The notes under the pieces were generated by a model that was not told where the DNA came from, ran no database searches, and worked only from the letters and a program-made list of their open reading frames with translations. A stretch of 64,000 nucleotides of DNA, taken from the NCBI GenBank assembly GCA_973895155.1, contig OZ316891.1, forward strand, positions 12,398,771-12,462,770, read 5' to 3'. Source of the DNA: Marsupella aquatica. Taxonomy: Eukaryota > Plantae > Marchantiophyta. Below, piece by piece: positions 39,901 to 53,174 of the stretch (positions are counted from its first letter, which is position 1; each line of letters opens with the position of its first letter). The translations under genes and the position numbers were made by a program.

Positions 39901-42900
39901 ATTTTTTTCCTTTTATGAGGGCCTAATCTTTGATTTTATGGAATTAGGAGGGATACCCTAAAGAGACGGTGCAATGTCCCTAGCAAGGTCCGAGCCAAGT
40001 ACCTATTATTAATTATATTATAATTTTCAATCTTAAAACTTTAAATATTAAGCTCAGACAACAGACTGGGGGGTTTATTCTGCCCAATCAAAAGGACTAT
40101 GTAAAAGTCATCAGTCATTTACAAGGGGAAAAAGTGGCCGAGTGCTCTTGGAAGGATGCTTCACTTTTATTAAGGACTTCTCAAGTGAACGGTTGGTTTT
40201 AGGCAAACTTGCACATTTCTTTGGACAACTTTGTCTTTTAGTTTTATTTCAAATTGTGACATACGGAGTCACAAAGTTTGAGGTGTTTTTTGAGATCCTA
40301 AAACTGGTTGCAAACAAGCAAGAGCCCACTAACAGGTCAAATTTGAGTCAAAATTATAAAGGAAGCTGCTAAATCTGAAGCCTGGATGGGCCAAGACATT
40401 GTCCCTGCCCATCGCAATGGACTGAGTAAAGCAATTGCCACTTTTACACCAAAAAGAAAAAAGAAAGTTCTGGTCGCAGATAGTAATTGAGAACTTTGAC
40501 TACCTTGTGAAGAAAATAGTCAACATGTCAATGTGTTTTTAGAAATGACCTCATTTCTGTGTAATGGCTCAATAATGTTGTCAGAGAATAATCACGCTTC
40601 TTTGTCTTGAAGCTCCAATCTCAGTCAGATTGAAAGCAAGAAAAATGGATTAATTAATGAGATGAAACATGTGATTGAAAACAATTGGGCCACTCCACCT
40701 TGAGCCCCCCACTTAAGATAATTCTCAAGTTGTCACAACCTTTAAGAGTACATAACACATTTTCAAAATGTGTGTGGTGTCTTGATGACTTACTCCGCAG
40801 GGTCGTCAACTATTAGCAACTAAACCTTACCTTTGAATTTGGCAAATTGGGTTGATTTATTTGAAGAGCTTTTGGATCTCCTTTTAAGCTGCAATTTTTC
40901 CAGCATGGTCTCAGATGTCCAATCTATTGCCTCCAATCTATTGCCTCACCAAGTTTGAGACATTTTGAAATTTTGCTTCATTTCAGATGACACAAAGATT
41001 GTCAGTATTCTACATCATGATTTCACTTTACACTTGGAAATTTTCATGTGGGTCAATTGAAAATGAGTGTTCTTGAGTAATGACATGACGTCTTGAGTGA
41101 TGTCTTTTAGGTTCAAGGTCATCTAGTCGTTATGTTTCTGAGGAGACTGGTTCAATAAAGTAAGTGAAACCGGCTACAAACAGTTGGGAGACCTTTTACA
41201 GGTTGCATTTCAATCAACCATGTATTTGAGTGTTAACAATGTTATTTGAGTTAATTTAAATGTTATGAGCAAGTGCATCCAAGCTTTTCCAGTCCATCTC
41301 GGTTTCATAGACAAAGTGGAGGTCCATCCGAGCTTTAGTTTAAGGTGCTGCTAGAGTCATTTAGATTTTCTGTGCCAGTCCATCCAAGCTTGGGAAATTC
41401 ATCCAGGCTTCATAGCAAACCCAAGCAGATAGTCTACATCTGTTGGATGGATCTGTTTTCGGCTTTCAAGGAAAAGAAAATATTACAATTTTTTTCACAT
41501 TCTCCTCAGCCACCAGCTGGTTCGCTTTGGGCCCTGGTTCAACCCTCTTCCCCTCCTTGTCTGGGTCCTTGTTAGATCCCTAGATATTCTCCCCTTGTGG
41601 CTACCAAATATAGAATTGCATGCTCCAGAGCAATATGCCTATCCTTTATTGGATTGGGCTTTTGGCTTTCAAGGTAAAAACTATGTATTTTTCATTATAA
41701 TCTTATAGAATAAAATTAACTAATTAAGAGAGAATCAATAACATGTACTATGCTACAAATCAAAATTATGAATGATGTTCCCACAATCTGCCGGCTATCC
41801 TATATCCAGAATTTTGAGAATGGGCCGGCTATACTATGTCAACTGTACTACAGCACAAAACAATATAATGAATGATTTTCTACAATGGGCTGGTTATTCG
41901 ATATCCAGAATTTTGAGCATGGGCCGGCTACACTATGTCCAGAATGTTAGTAAAAAATAACCATGAGAAGTTAGAGTTGGGATCTACTGTGGGTTTCTCA
42001 AGCAAAGCCTGTAGACTTTGACTTTAGGGCCCCACAGAAAATTACGAGGATGAAAGATCACTGGATGCTACATAATTATGTCAAAATGACCATTAAACAT
42101 GATAATTTTTGTAATAATTTCTATTATGGTTAGAGGGAAATGGAACTTAAAGCCGCCCCCATGGACTGATAGGTTGTCCATGAAACCCCCATGGATAAAT
42201 GACATTTGGATAGACTGGACCAAAACTTAAAAATATGCATGGATACACTAGTGTTTACTTTTCTTTCCATACAATACAAAACAGTGTCATTGACCAAAGC
42301 ATCACTTCTGTCCAAAGATTGTCCGTGTCACTAACTCTGTCCTCACACATGTCTTAAAGATATTTTGTCAGAGGCCATAGCACTTTAATTGAAGGCTTCG
42401 CTCTATTACCCTGGGCCATTCCCCAATACAGTTCAATAAAAATATAAAATACATTAGGCCCTTATATAAATACCTGATTTGGCTTTCATGGTTTATGAAA
42501 TTTTGAGTAAATTGAGTGCTTCACATTTTACTCTTAATGTCTCAAGTAATTTGCTCAATGGTAAAATACCAAATGAACTCAATTCACTCATTTTTTTTTA
42601 ATGTTTGTAAGCCATGCTAGCTAAAGGGGAAGCAAGCAACACAATGACTCATGAACCAATAACTAAGACAATTCTCACCAAGGAGGCTTTAATTTGGGCA
42701 AATCTAAGCCTAAATAACCTTAATTTTTACAAATGGATTCATATTTTTTTACACACTTCTTAAGATTCTAGGGCATTGGCACTTTGTGGTATGACTATAT
42801 TACTTTCAGAATTTTTTTACATAATTTTGTATTTTATATAACTTCACTCTTGTTACCTGGATTGTAGAATTTTTTTCATTGTGGAGCTAAAGGAAATTTT

Positions 42901-43468
42901 AATTTGCATAAGCATTGTTACTGAATACCATTTTTGAGAGACCATTGTTCTTGTTATAAATAGTGAATTTGACTGATTTTTTACTATAGAGCTACTTGAG
43001 ATTTTTTGGGGGAGTATTGTTAATGAATAGTATTTTTTAGAGAGCAATGCTCTTGTTACAAGAAATGCTTCAAGTACTTTGCCTTCCAGATTTTAAATGT
43101 ACATTTTTATTGACATTATTTCTCAATTTGACTTTGAGATGAACACATAATGTTATTAGGGGGACATAAATGTAGGTAAACAATTAATCAGAGAGTTTAT
43201 CGTCCATTTGCAATGGGGTTCTCTCATAATTAAGTGTAAAATGGTCTGTCCCTCAGAGTCCATGGGGATAATGTAGCAGTCCATCCTGGCTTTTGTTTAG
43301 AGGAAATGCCTATCATACATGATGATTTTTGTTATATGGTTCAAAGGATGAGCATTCAGCATCGTTTCTATTCCAACGTTTAGGACGAAGGGATCAACCG
43401 CAACTCTTGGCTCCAATTAATTGGTCACTCTTTCCAGGGTGTCATCCGCCAGTTCCCATCAGCCTCAA

Positions 43469-43509
43469 TCTAACGGTTTCACTCAACTATAAGAGGAGAT
43501 CTAACGGTC
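43469..43509 (+). promoter_or_regulatory. Pair of MSA-like (TCTAACGGT) motifs
   Basis: ATCTAACGGTT and ATCTAACGGTC 30 bp apart, matching the MYB3R-bound MSA consensus YCYAACGGYY. Target gene unclear. Confidence 0.3.
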
Positions 43510-45527
43510 GAAAAGTAATATAAAACAATTCACATGAGAAGTATTCTTAAGCATGTACTCCGTAATAACAGAGGTACTGTACCATTCGCACTGGCAAATC
43601 GCAAATTGAAAAAAATCGATCACCGTACCATGCCTGGGACGGACAGAGATTCATCAGCTGACAGAGTCTGCATTGATGACTTGTGTCCTCATTCTTCAAG
43701 AGCCAGTGATGAATCGTGAGTAATCGGCGAGTGAATCGTCGGGCAATCCTGTCCAGCATTCTGTCGTGCCAGCTGAAATGGGGGCGGAGGAACTGAGAAC
43801 AACAACTATGGCAGACTGTACTGTACTCCTGTAGCAGTCAAAACAAAGCTTCTCTCATCAGTAAAGTATCCTACAATGCAGAATATTCATCGGCCTTCGA
43901 CGAACATACGACTGGGATCTGAGCTGAATCAGATTGTCATATCAATCCATCAATAGCAACAGCATGGTAGAACGAACGAATGTCGAGAACTCCAGGTCCT
44001 CGCTCGTCGATGCATATGTGAAAATTTCTCATTCTCCAGCGCGCGGTCGGAGAGAGTGAGAGAGAGTGAGCTGTCATTGTAGTTTAGATTGAGACTCTGG
44101 ATTCTAAGAGGAAACGCTCAATGTGGGACCGGTGAAGGGAGATGCTTGACTGTCCTCCTGTTGTTGACCCGCGAGTGCCGTGCGGAAGAAGCTCTGAGTC
44201 GAGGAAGGAGAAGCACCTGTCGCCATTCGTTTGTTTCGCGTAGCGTGTGATATTGTGAGATGCGTCATGATCAAAGGCTCTTCTAGTCGTGTGCGCGAGT
44301 CGAGATTCTCATGATTTGTTGAGTGAAGAGGAACTGAGGAAGGATAAGTGAGTGTTTCCGAATAGGAGAGAATGAGATTGACGTGAGATGAGGGCGGCAA
44401 GAAAGAAAGAGCTCCATTCAGGTTGACACTGCGTCGGAACGTTCGCCGACGGCGTGTGGCTTCTACCACAATAGATCTGGAGCGCGAGCGGGAGGTTTGA
44501 ACGTACCTTTGAATTTACGGGAGCACTGACTTTGTGATCGCCGTCTGCTAGTGCCCCAGTTTTGTGCTTTCTAGCCGGGCTGTCTGCGAGCGTGACCACC
44601 CAACGTGCACGGACAGTGCGTTTCATTACCATCTGGACAATCGGCGCCCAAATTTTGTCGCCACTGGTTGTCTTCAGTCTTGGATGATCGCAGTTGGCTC
44701 TCGGCAGAAATGGTCGGACCTCCGATGACTGCTTTTCCACGCTCATTATGAATGGCACTGAGAATCTCAATTGCTCTGGGTTACTCGTGGACCTGCTCTG
44801 GAAATGACCGCGTGGAAGGGAGACTCTGGAAATTATCAACCAGCTCCAACGTGGAAGGACAAGACTACACTGAGAGGGGGGGGGGGAGGATGGAAGTGCC
44901 GATTGTCCTATGATTCGTGTTCTATCAGAGCATCTCTTTCGTGTGGAAATGAATTATAATTATGAGCAACTGAAAAGTTGAGGACGATGGCATTTGGGTG
45001 TCAATTTTAGGGAGAATGGTTGGGGAAGGTGAAGAAATTGGGTAGCACATCGGTGGAGTTGGGTAATCAATGACACAGGTGCAATACCCATCAAAGTGTG
45101 CAATATATTGAAGGCTTGTTGGGAGCGGATGTGATTGTCCGCTAACGTCACCCTCGTTTGGAGCTGGGTGAGCAACTGACAGTCTTAGTTTGCAATCTAG
45201 TGCTGTCTGAGCCGCCTCACCTGACGGAGGCGCTCTCCTGTAGTATCCCCAGCTGGTATTTGCTGGAGTAGTGGCAGCATAAATGCTTCCTCTCGGCTAC
45301 GTAGGCGATTCTGCTTTACAGCAAGCAGCGCATTCGTCTCAGCAACTATACAAACATAACCAGTATTCAATGGACTATGCCGCGGAAAGTCGGAAGTACT
45401 TTTTTCAGCACATGTAGAAGTTGCCGCAAAAGCTGGAATTGAAGCTGGAGAGGGATCCGGGACGGCCATGACGACGATTAGCTTGAGGCAACAGCGACAT
45501 CTCAACTACGGAGCTTGCAGTGGGAAG

Positions 45528-48500
45528 ATGGCGTGGGTTGTATTGCTTATTGTCATCTGCATGCTCGAACAGATTCTGCCGAGCGTCGCCCAGACTTCAA
45601 TCGATGGTATCGTAAAACTCACGTCTTCGTTACTCTCTTGGAAGACATGAAGCAGTCTCGAGAATTGGGCTTTCTATTGCATGCAGGGATGTGTAATTCA
45701 AAGCCCACACAGGCAACGAAAAATTAGTGAAGTCTTCTTAGACAAAAGAAATTGAGATGCAATTGAATTGTGCTGAGTCAGTAATCGGCTTGAGCATTTA
45801 AGTGCCTTCATATAACTTGTACACAGAGACTTAATATGGTAAACGAGAGAAACACTCTCATTTGAACGTCAATGAACGTCTTTCGTCGGAACTTTCCAAA
45901 CGACCGAGCGACAAATGTATGCCATGAACCAACAACTGCTTGGCCGATGTCCTCCCAATCTTCTGGGTTCAATGAGCTATTGGACAGACTGACTGAAGAA
46001 CTTCGGCTTAGATAGTAACGACGAATTGGAAAGCAGATTTAACCAGTTAACGTGGCAAGGGTAACATGCAAGGGAAACATTCCACTACGCATGAGTGCAG
46101 GTCCTATTTATTGTCACGAGAAATTAAGGATGCATACTCAAATGAAGATCGAGGACGTTGGAAGAATAAATCGCGGTTCAGTATTATTTGGTTCCAATTA
46201 GACACATTACAGATGGCGCAGGCAAGGATTTGTGACCGTTCGAGCAAACAGACTTTCCATTTCGAGAGAGAGTGGAAGAGTGGGGGTAAACATTCTGGTC
46301 AAAGTGGCAAAGATGAATGAGTTGAACCGAATGAAGTTGAATGAGCAAATCGGTTCTCAGGTTCGCAGATTCCCCACTGGATAAATTGTCATGCAGAAGC
46401 TTTCGAGGTTGGTGGGATGTGAGGGAGTACCAAGAAGGTACGGATGAGTCGAGTTTTGGGAGGTGCAATAGTCTGTAAACCATAGCAGAGCAATTTACGA
46501 ATATTATATGTTCTCTGAGATAGTCGGGAGCTTGAGAGCTGAGTTGAGGTTCAGGTTGGGATTGAAGTTGAAATTGAGATGGAGATGAATTAGAAGAGTG
46601 CGTCAGAGTTGGCGGAAAACTCCGATGCCGCCCAATAGACTCTTTATGAAAATTCTATCCATGATATTGAGCCGGCCGATCCTTCAGCTCGTAGGGCAAA
46701 CGAGAGAGAAAACTGGGTAATGGTTATAGTAAGGTCTATCATTTCTGAGAGCCAAACGAAAGAACGAGAAAAAAGTCGCGCTAAGATTTGAGGTCCGATG
46801 AACTCACTGTAGTAGATGTTAGACTCCTCTTTAAGTCCGGCGCTCCTCTTTGAGTCCGGCACGAAGAAATAGTCTAAGATTGCACTCGTTAAAAAGGTGA
46901 AGCCAATTGTTCTGTTTTCACATCATCCCCCGTTAATATTCCCTTCGCGGCATAATGTCTGAAATCTTGATTTTCAAGACCCACATGCTTGTTATATATG
47001 GTTCTCCGTTTTACAGAATAGTACATATATACCAGACTCGTCTTTAGTCCAGCAAGAAGAAACAGTCAAAGATTACATCCCGGAACGGTGAAGCTGATTG
47101 TTCTGTTTTCACATCATCCCCCAATAATTATTCCCTTCGCGGCCTAATGTCTGGATGCTTGATTGTCAGAACCCAGGTGTTTATTTATATTTAGCTCTCC
47201 TTTTACAGAATAGACTGATCAGGTCTTTTAGTCGCACAATCATTTTGTTGAGAAAGTGTTGTCAATTTGAATATTGTGGTTGCCAAATCGCAGAGCTTGC
47301 CTTGAAGAACTTCCGGGATATCGTGACAAGTGATCCGAACGATGCTCTCGCAAGTTGGGACCGAAACGCTGACGTATGTCATTGGGATTATGTCAGTTGC
47401 AATGACAACCAGCGCGTCGTCAGTCTGTGAGTAGCCCATTAGCACTTTTGTTGTATAATCGCTGATGTCCTTGTGCTGCTTCGACATGTATTACTGAGTA
47501 CAGTCCTACTTAGAGAACGCGTGCAACCTTCATATTTGTCTCGACCCCGATGAGACGCACGCACATCCCAATCCTAACCCCTGCACAAGCAGCAAATCCT
47601 CTATCTTTCAATCTCGCCACGAATATTGAGTCTTGTTTCGGAGTGCTTATGCAATTTCAAACTGCAGAAAGTGCCATCTACTTCACATCCATAAAATACA
47701 ACAGAAGTAACCCAGACATTTGAATTTGAGGATCCTCAAGATACGCTGGAAGTCCCCATCTGAAGGTTTTCTTTTGGAACGGATGAACTGGCTCCGCATG
47801 CCTTAGATTAGCCCCCTTGTCAACTTTTTATTGCCCTGGCAAATCGTTGTTTTCGCTTTTCGAGACACTCTATGAACAATCGAATTGTACCAGACACTAT
47901 TAACCGCTAGTGAATTTAGTAAATCATTACTTACTCAACACTACTTCCAGATATCCTACATTCTTGACTACTCAAAGCTCCTAAAGGACGAACTCGTTTC
48001 TGTCATTGTCTATAACGTACTTATTAGCGTGTGTTTTGATTAATGATGCATGACACCTTCTTCCTTAATAGAACTTTTGAACTGTCTCCTCAATAGGTCG
48101 AATTTTTTTTCTGGGTCCTCAATAACTTTAGTTTTCCAAGTGTGTCCTCAATAGCTCACCACTTGCCTCGTACCTTCAGAGATCTCTCGAACCAAGGTTT
48201 GGTTGGCATCATCAGTGCTTCTCTTGGGGCACTAGAGTTTCTCGAGCATCTGTAAGTTTTCCGGCAGGAACCGCATTCTTGGACAAGCTATCGCAAGTAA
48301 TTTTGGGGGCCTGCACTTTACACTGTAGAGGTTGTTATACGCAGCATAAATCAAACTTAAAAAGGTGTGAAGCTTGGCTTTTACCTATTTGCAGAAGATT
48401 GGAACAAAGCAACTACATAGCGAATGAACAGAATTACTGGAAATTATCTTCACTTGTATTTGAAGACTATTGTGATGATTGCAATCATTCAATGCCTATG

Positions 48501-51500
48501 CACATGATATGACGCATTTCAGTTGTGAACTTGACAGGAATCTTGAAAACAACAGCTTCACGGGAGTCGTGCCCGAGAGCTTAGGTTATTTGGCGAACTT
48601 GCATACGCTGTAAGGTTCACAAAACTGAGATGAGTGATTCGGCTTAATGAACTAACTTGAAAAGTATCTTTGAAGGCTCTGCTGCTAGCCATAATATAAG
48701 TGAATTGAAGGTGCTTGTTCTCTAGCTGTGGGGTGTGGGGTTTGGAAGCGTCCCATAATAAGCAAGCATGCGAAATGGAACAGTCGCTGCTGTTTATATG
48801 AAACAGACATAATTTAATGTGCCTTGATGAGATGGCGTCTTGACTTCGCATCCTTTGCAGGAATTTGGGAAACAACAACCTGAAAGTTCCGCTTCCACAT
48901 TCCATTCAAATGATGAGCGAGAGGCATACTCGGTAAGCCGTTTTTATGTCCCATTCAATATTAGCAAAAGCTGTGCTACAAGACAGTCTGGAGATATCCT
49001 AATACATGTATTGTCAAAATAAATACGTATAAGGACAGATATTGTGCCCGGGGCTTAGGTGCTGTTTGTCTCACGGGAGATTGCTTTCTTGCAAAGTATG
49101 ACACTACCAGCTTGTGCTAATGGTGTTGTCCCCACAGGAGCACAAGTCATCGAGCTCTCCTATCAGTATCAGGAAAAACAAAGAGCCTTCTGCCTATAGT
49201 CCTGGGAGTTGTGGGTGGCGTGCTACTCGTTGTTCTTTGCATATGCCTATTTATTGTGTGGCGGTGGTACATAAAAACAAACGATGATCGGAAGCCTGGT
49301 ACTGAATCTCGCTCTATCTCACTATTAGTAATTGCTAGGTGTCCAACATATTCAAATAATAGAGAGTTGGAGTATTTTCTCTCTGACAGTTTCTCCTACA
49401 GATCTGTATTGTGCACATTGAAGACTTCTACCTTCCAATAGGCAGTCTTCTGGATGTAAGCGATGAAATGCTCCTATGCTATTCTACTGTTCATTTACTT
49501 GAGAACGATTTTCACTTTTGTTTTGAGAATGATATCCTTGTACATGAACTATAGGACTAGGCTGCATTCATGGATTTGGAGTGGACCCAGGCTAGTTTCC
49601 TACAAACTGTCATGATCAAAGTAAACAGTTTTACATATCTTGGAGGCCCTGACTTTACCCGGCCACTCTGTTGAGGTCGTATTATTGGGTCAGTTCCATT
49701 CTCTTGTTTGGTATATTTGATGAACTGTCAGAGGCTCAGTACACCATATACGCTCATGTATGTGAGGGATGATGATGCCCTTGTCAGTCTTATCTTTTAG
49801 TGTTGTTGGTTTTGCAGCGTTGATGCCCAAGCCAAGGGTTCTGGACCCTGCTATGAGCAAAAAACTATCTAAATTGTCAGAGAGAGCCCGCAAAAGCACA
49901 AAGAGTTTTACCCTCAAAGAATTGACAACTGCCACAGGAAATTTCACCCAGTACAGGGTCATAGGGCAAGGTGGATTTGGGTTGGTCTACAGAGGAACTC
50001 TGTCTACCGGTCAAGAGGTTGCTATCAAGCATGCACACAAAGACGCAAAGCAAGGGCTTGAAGAATTCTACAATGGTAAACTGCAGCTTGCTTGTTCCTC
50101 TGTGGCTAATCCCGTGCCAATATCTGTGTTGATTTATCTAGTACCATTGCTGTTACAATTACGCTTGCCGTCTGCAATTAAAATTCTTGGCACACAATCA
50201 TTGGTGACTGCTATTCAGCAATAGGCCCGCAAATTTTCGCAGCCAAATGGAAAGTCAGACTCCAATTGATATACATGCTTGTTTTGTTTTGTTTTGTTTT
50301 GTTTAGTTCTAATTGGTTTTATATAGTTCTGATGCTGCATGCTAATTTCAGTCCCTGATGTTTGTTATACTACATTTGACTGCAGAGGTAGAACTCCTGT
50401 CAAAAGTCCACCACAAGTACTTGGTTGATCTTATTGGTTATTGTGATGAAGACGGTAAAGATTTCAATCCTGACTGTATTGGTGGTCTTGACGTCATAGG
50501 AAGATACAAACTTTTTTGTTGTTAAGAAAAAGTCTTGTTGAGCTAGGAATTTAAGTCCGTTTATCTGGATGAAGTATTCTCTAACTTTAATGGTACATCG
50601 TAAATTCTGTAAGTCCCGAGACAAACATTACACGAGGTATCACATTCTGGCTTCATCCCAAATGATTTTGGAAATATTATTCTCTAGAAAGAGTAACAAG
50701 CTTGTTACGATCTCCTGCAGGTGAACAGCTGCTTGTCTACGAGTTTATCCCAAATGGAAACCTGTTTGAACATTTGTGTGGTATGAAACTTTTCTGCATA
50801 ACTTCCTGTCTTAGGTTTTACATCGATGTTGACCTAAACAAGCCTAATGTAATCTCTGCGAGACCTGTGCAAATGGTACCATTGTTTGTCAAATGTCTTC
50901 ACCATAGTCAATTGTTCATGTGTCTGTATTCTCCTCTCATAGTTGTTACCTTATCGTACCCATACAATGTCACCCCTTCCTTGTGAGTCCAACCATTTAT
51001 CTACTCCCTCAGTCATAGAAATCGTTTGATTCATCTCGCAGTCATACCTGAAATGGATTCCCTGTCCTAATTGATGTGTGGGCCGAAAGTCCTGTTCCTC
51101 ACTTTGCCGAAGATGAAAGTTTTGCTGACAGGATTTCTCTGGGGCTGTTCTGCTTGGTATCAAATGCAGGTCAGCGAACACCGCCACTGACTTGGAGACA
51201 ACGCGTGCAGATTGCAATCTGCTGCGCCAAAGGTGGGTACTTGCAGAGAAAGCTTCATTGTGAGAGTTAAATTCATCCCTCATCCCAGAGAGGGGCAAAG
51301 AGCAAGAGTAGTCAGTTCTACATAGTTGACTGGGGAAAATCCAGAGAGTGTAAATGGAGGCTAATGACAGGCATAGCACAGGTTATTTTATATTAGCCTG
51401 TCTTAGACAGATCATGAGAATTATTCAAGAAACTTTCTTCGTGTACCTCTAGTAACTTGATTGTGCTCATGAACCTACAGATGTTATTTTGTAGCGTAGC

Positions 51501-53174
51501 AATAGAGGGGATGCATTTCAATCTACTGATGGCTCAGAACGTTACTAAGTAGGAAGAGAAAATTCATTCTTTTCCTGGTGTTCACGATGCAGCACTTGCG
51601 CATTTGCACGAGGGTTGCACTCCTCCAATCATACACAGGGATATTAAGCCAAGCAACATTTTACTTGACAACGATCTGGTGGCCAAAGTGGCTGATTTTG
51701 GCTTGTCAAAGACTGGACCGGTAGGGGATGCGTCCCATGTTAGTACCGGAGTAAAAGGCACCCCTGGATATCTCGATCCATATTATTACTTGAGCTGGCA
51801 CTTGGGAGCTTACAGTGATGTATATAGCTTTGGTGTTATCCTTCTGCAGCTTGTGGCTTCAAAGCCAGCAGTTGATCAAAAGCGGAGGAACAGGAGTTCA
51901 AACTACAGTCTAATCACCTGGGTGAGCTGATTTGGTCATTATAAATCATTCTTAGATATCTATAGAGCCTCCAGTGATAGGCAAACAGCAGAATTTAATG
52001 TGTTACCTGACAATTTTCTTCTTTCAAAGCTCTTCAGCGAGTAGTACACCACAATCATATAATAACCTTGATTTAATCTCGTTTGGAGACACTCTGCTAG
52101 TAATTTTTTGAAATAGCTGGAGCGCTCAATGGATATCATTGATTTTTCCTTATATCCATAAAATTTCAGTCTTTCGATATATCTAGGAAACATTGACGTT
52201 GTGTACCCTTGTAGAGGTGAAGTAGACATCAGATTAAAGCAGGGCGTCCTTGTTTCATCAGCTCTCTTGCTTGCGTAATTTTCTTTTGTGCATGGCTCCT
52301 AAAGACTGTTCTCAGTAGTATACGGTCATTAAAGAGGCCAAGTCAGTAGAAATGTTTTGATTGAATCAGGCTATTTTCCTGGAAGTGAACTAGTCAATTA
52401 TTGATAGACTCCTAGAGTGAGCACCTAGAGTGAGCAGGTATAGTTCTGATTCCGAAGCGGGAATTGGTTTTGCAGGCTAAGGATTGCTTGAGGCAAGGAC
52501 ATTTTAATGGTATTGTGGATCCTAAGCTCCGCCTACAAGGTTACAACCGTGATATTTTGATGCTGATGATACAGTTGGGAATACGTTGCACTGGAGAGGC
52601 AATTAAAGACCGTCCTACTATGAAGGTCATTTATGAAGAGCTTGAGCATGCTTTAGAAACGCTGGGCTCACTGCCATCTGTCAAGGGTTCACCAGAGAGT
52701 TCCCGTGAATCGATTGAGGGCAGTAAAGAATTGGCTCCAGAAGGCGTGGCAACGTTAGGTGCCGGTCAAGACGAACATTTCAACTTGTATAGCAACATCT
52801 GTTTTGACGGAAGATCGTGGGTTGATATAAAAATGCTAGGTGAAGATCACTCTGAAGAACGAGGCGAACACTATGATGAACAATATCACTCTGAAGGACA
52901 GGGCCAAGATCACCCTGAAGAACGAGGTCAAGATCAACCTGAAGGACAGGGCCAAGATCACCCGGAAGAACAAGGTCAAGATCAACCTGAAGGACAGGGC
53001 CAAGATCACCCTGAAGAACAAGGTCAAGATCAACCTGAAGAACAAGGTCGAGATCACTCTGGAGAACCAGGCCAGGAAGAAGTCAGTCCTCCAAAGGGTC
53101 TCCACGGGTCCAAGGATTCCTTGGACATATCAATATATAGTCCAAAGCTGGAGGCTGCTAAGCGGATTTTATGA
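45528..53174 (+). CDS. LRR receptor-like Ser/Thr kinase; exons ~45528-45606, 47294-47426, 48180-48251, 48538-48609, 48861-48932, 49138-49298, 49818-50075, 50386-50454, 50721-50780, 51170-51232, 51593-51921, 52476-53174
   Basis: Signal peptide [13 protein letters not shown]; LRRNT (DPNDALASW...CHWDYVSC); three 72-nt LRR exons; [24 protein letters not shown]; kinase [32 protein letters not shown]; all junctions GT-AG and phase-compatible. Confidence 0.92.
46899..47212 (+). repeat. ~190-bp-spaced direct duplication in RLK intron 1
   Basis: GAAGC..ATTGTTCTGTTTTCACATCATCCCCC...ATTCCCTTCGCGGC...TTTTACAGAATAG at ~46899 and ~47090. Confidence 0.75.
52839..53075 (+). repeat. Coding minisatellite (24-bp subunit, 48-bp higher-order unit) in the RLK C-terminal tail
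   Basis: Encodes ([16 protein letters not shown])n in frame. Confidence 0.9.
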
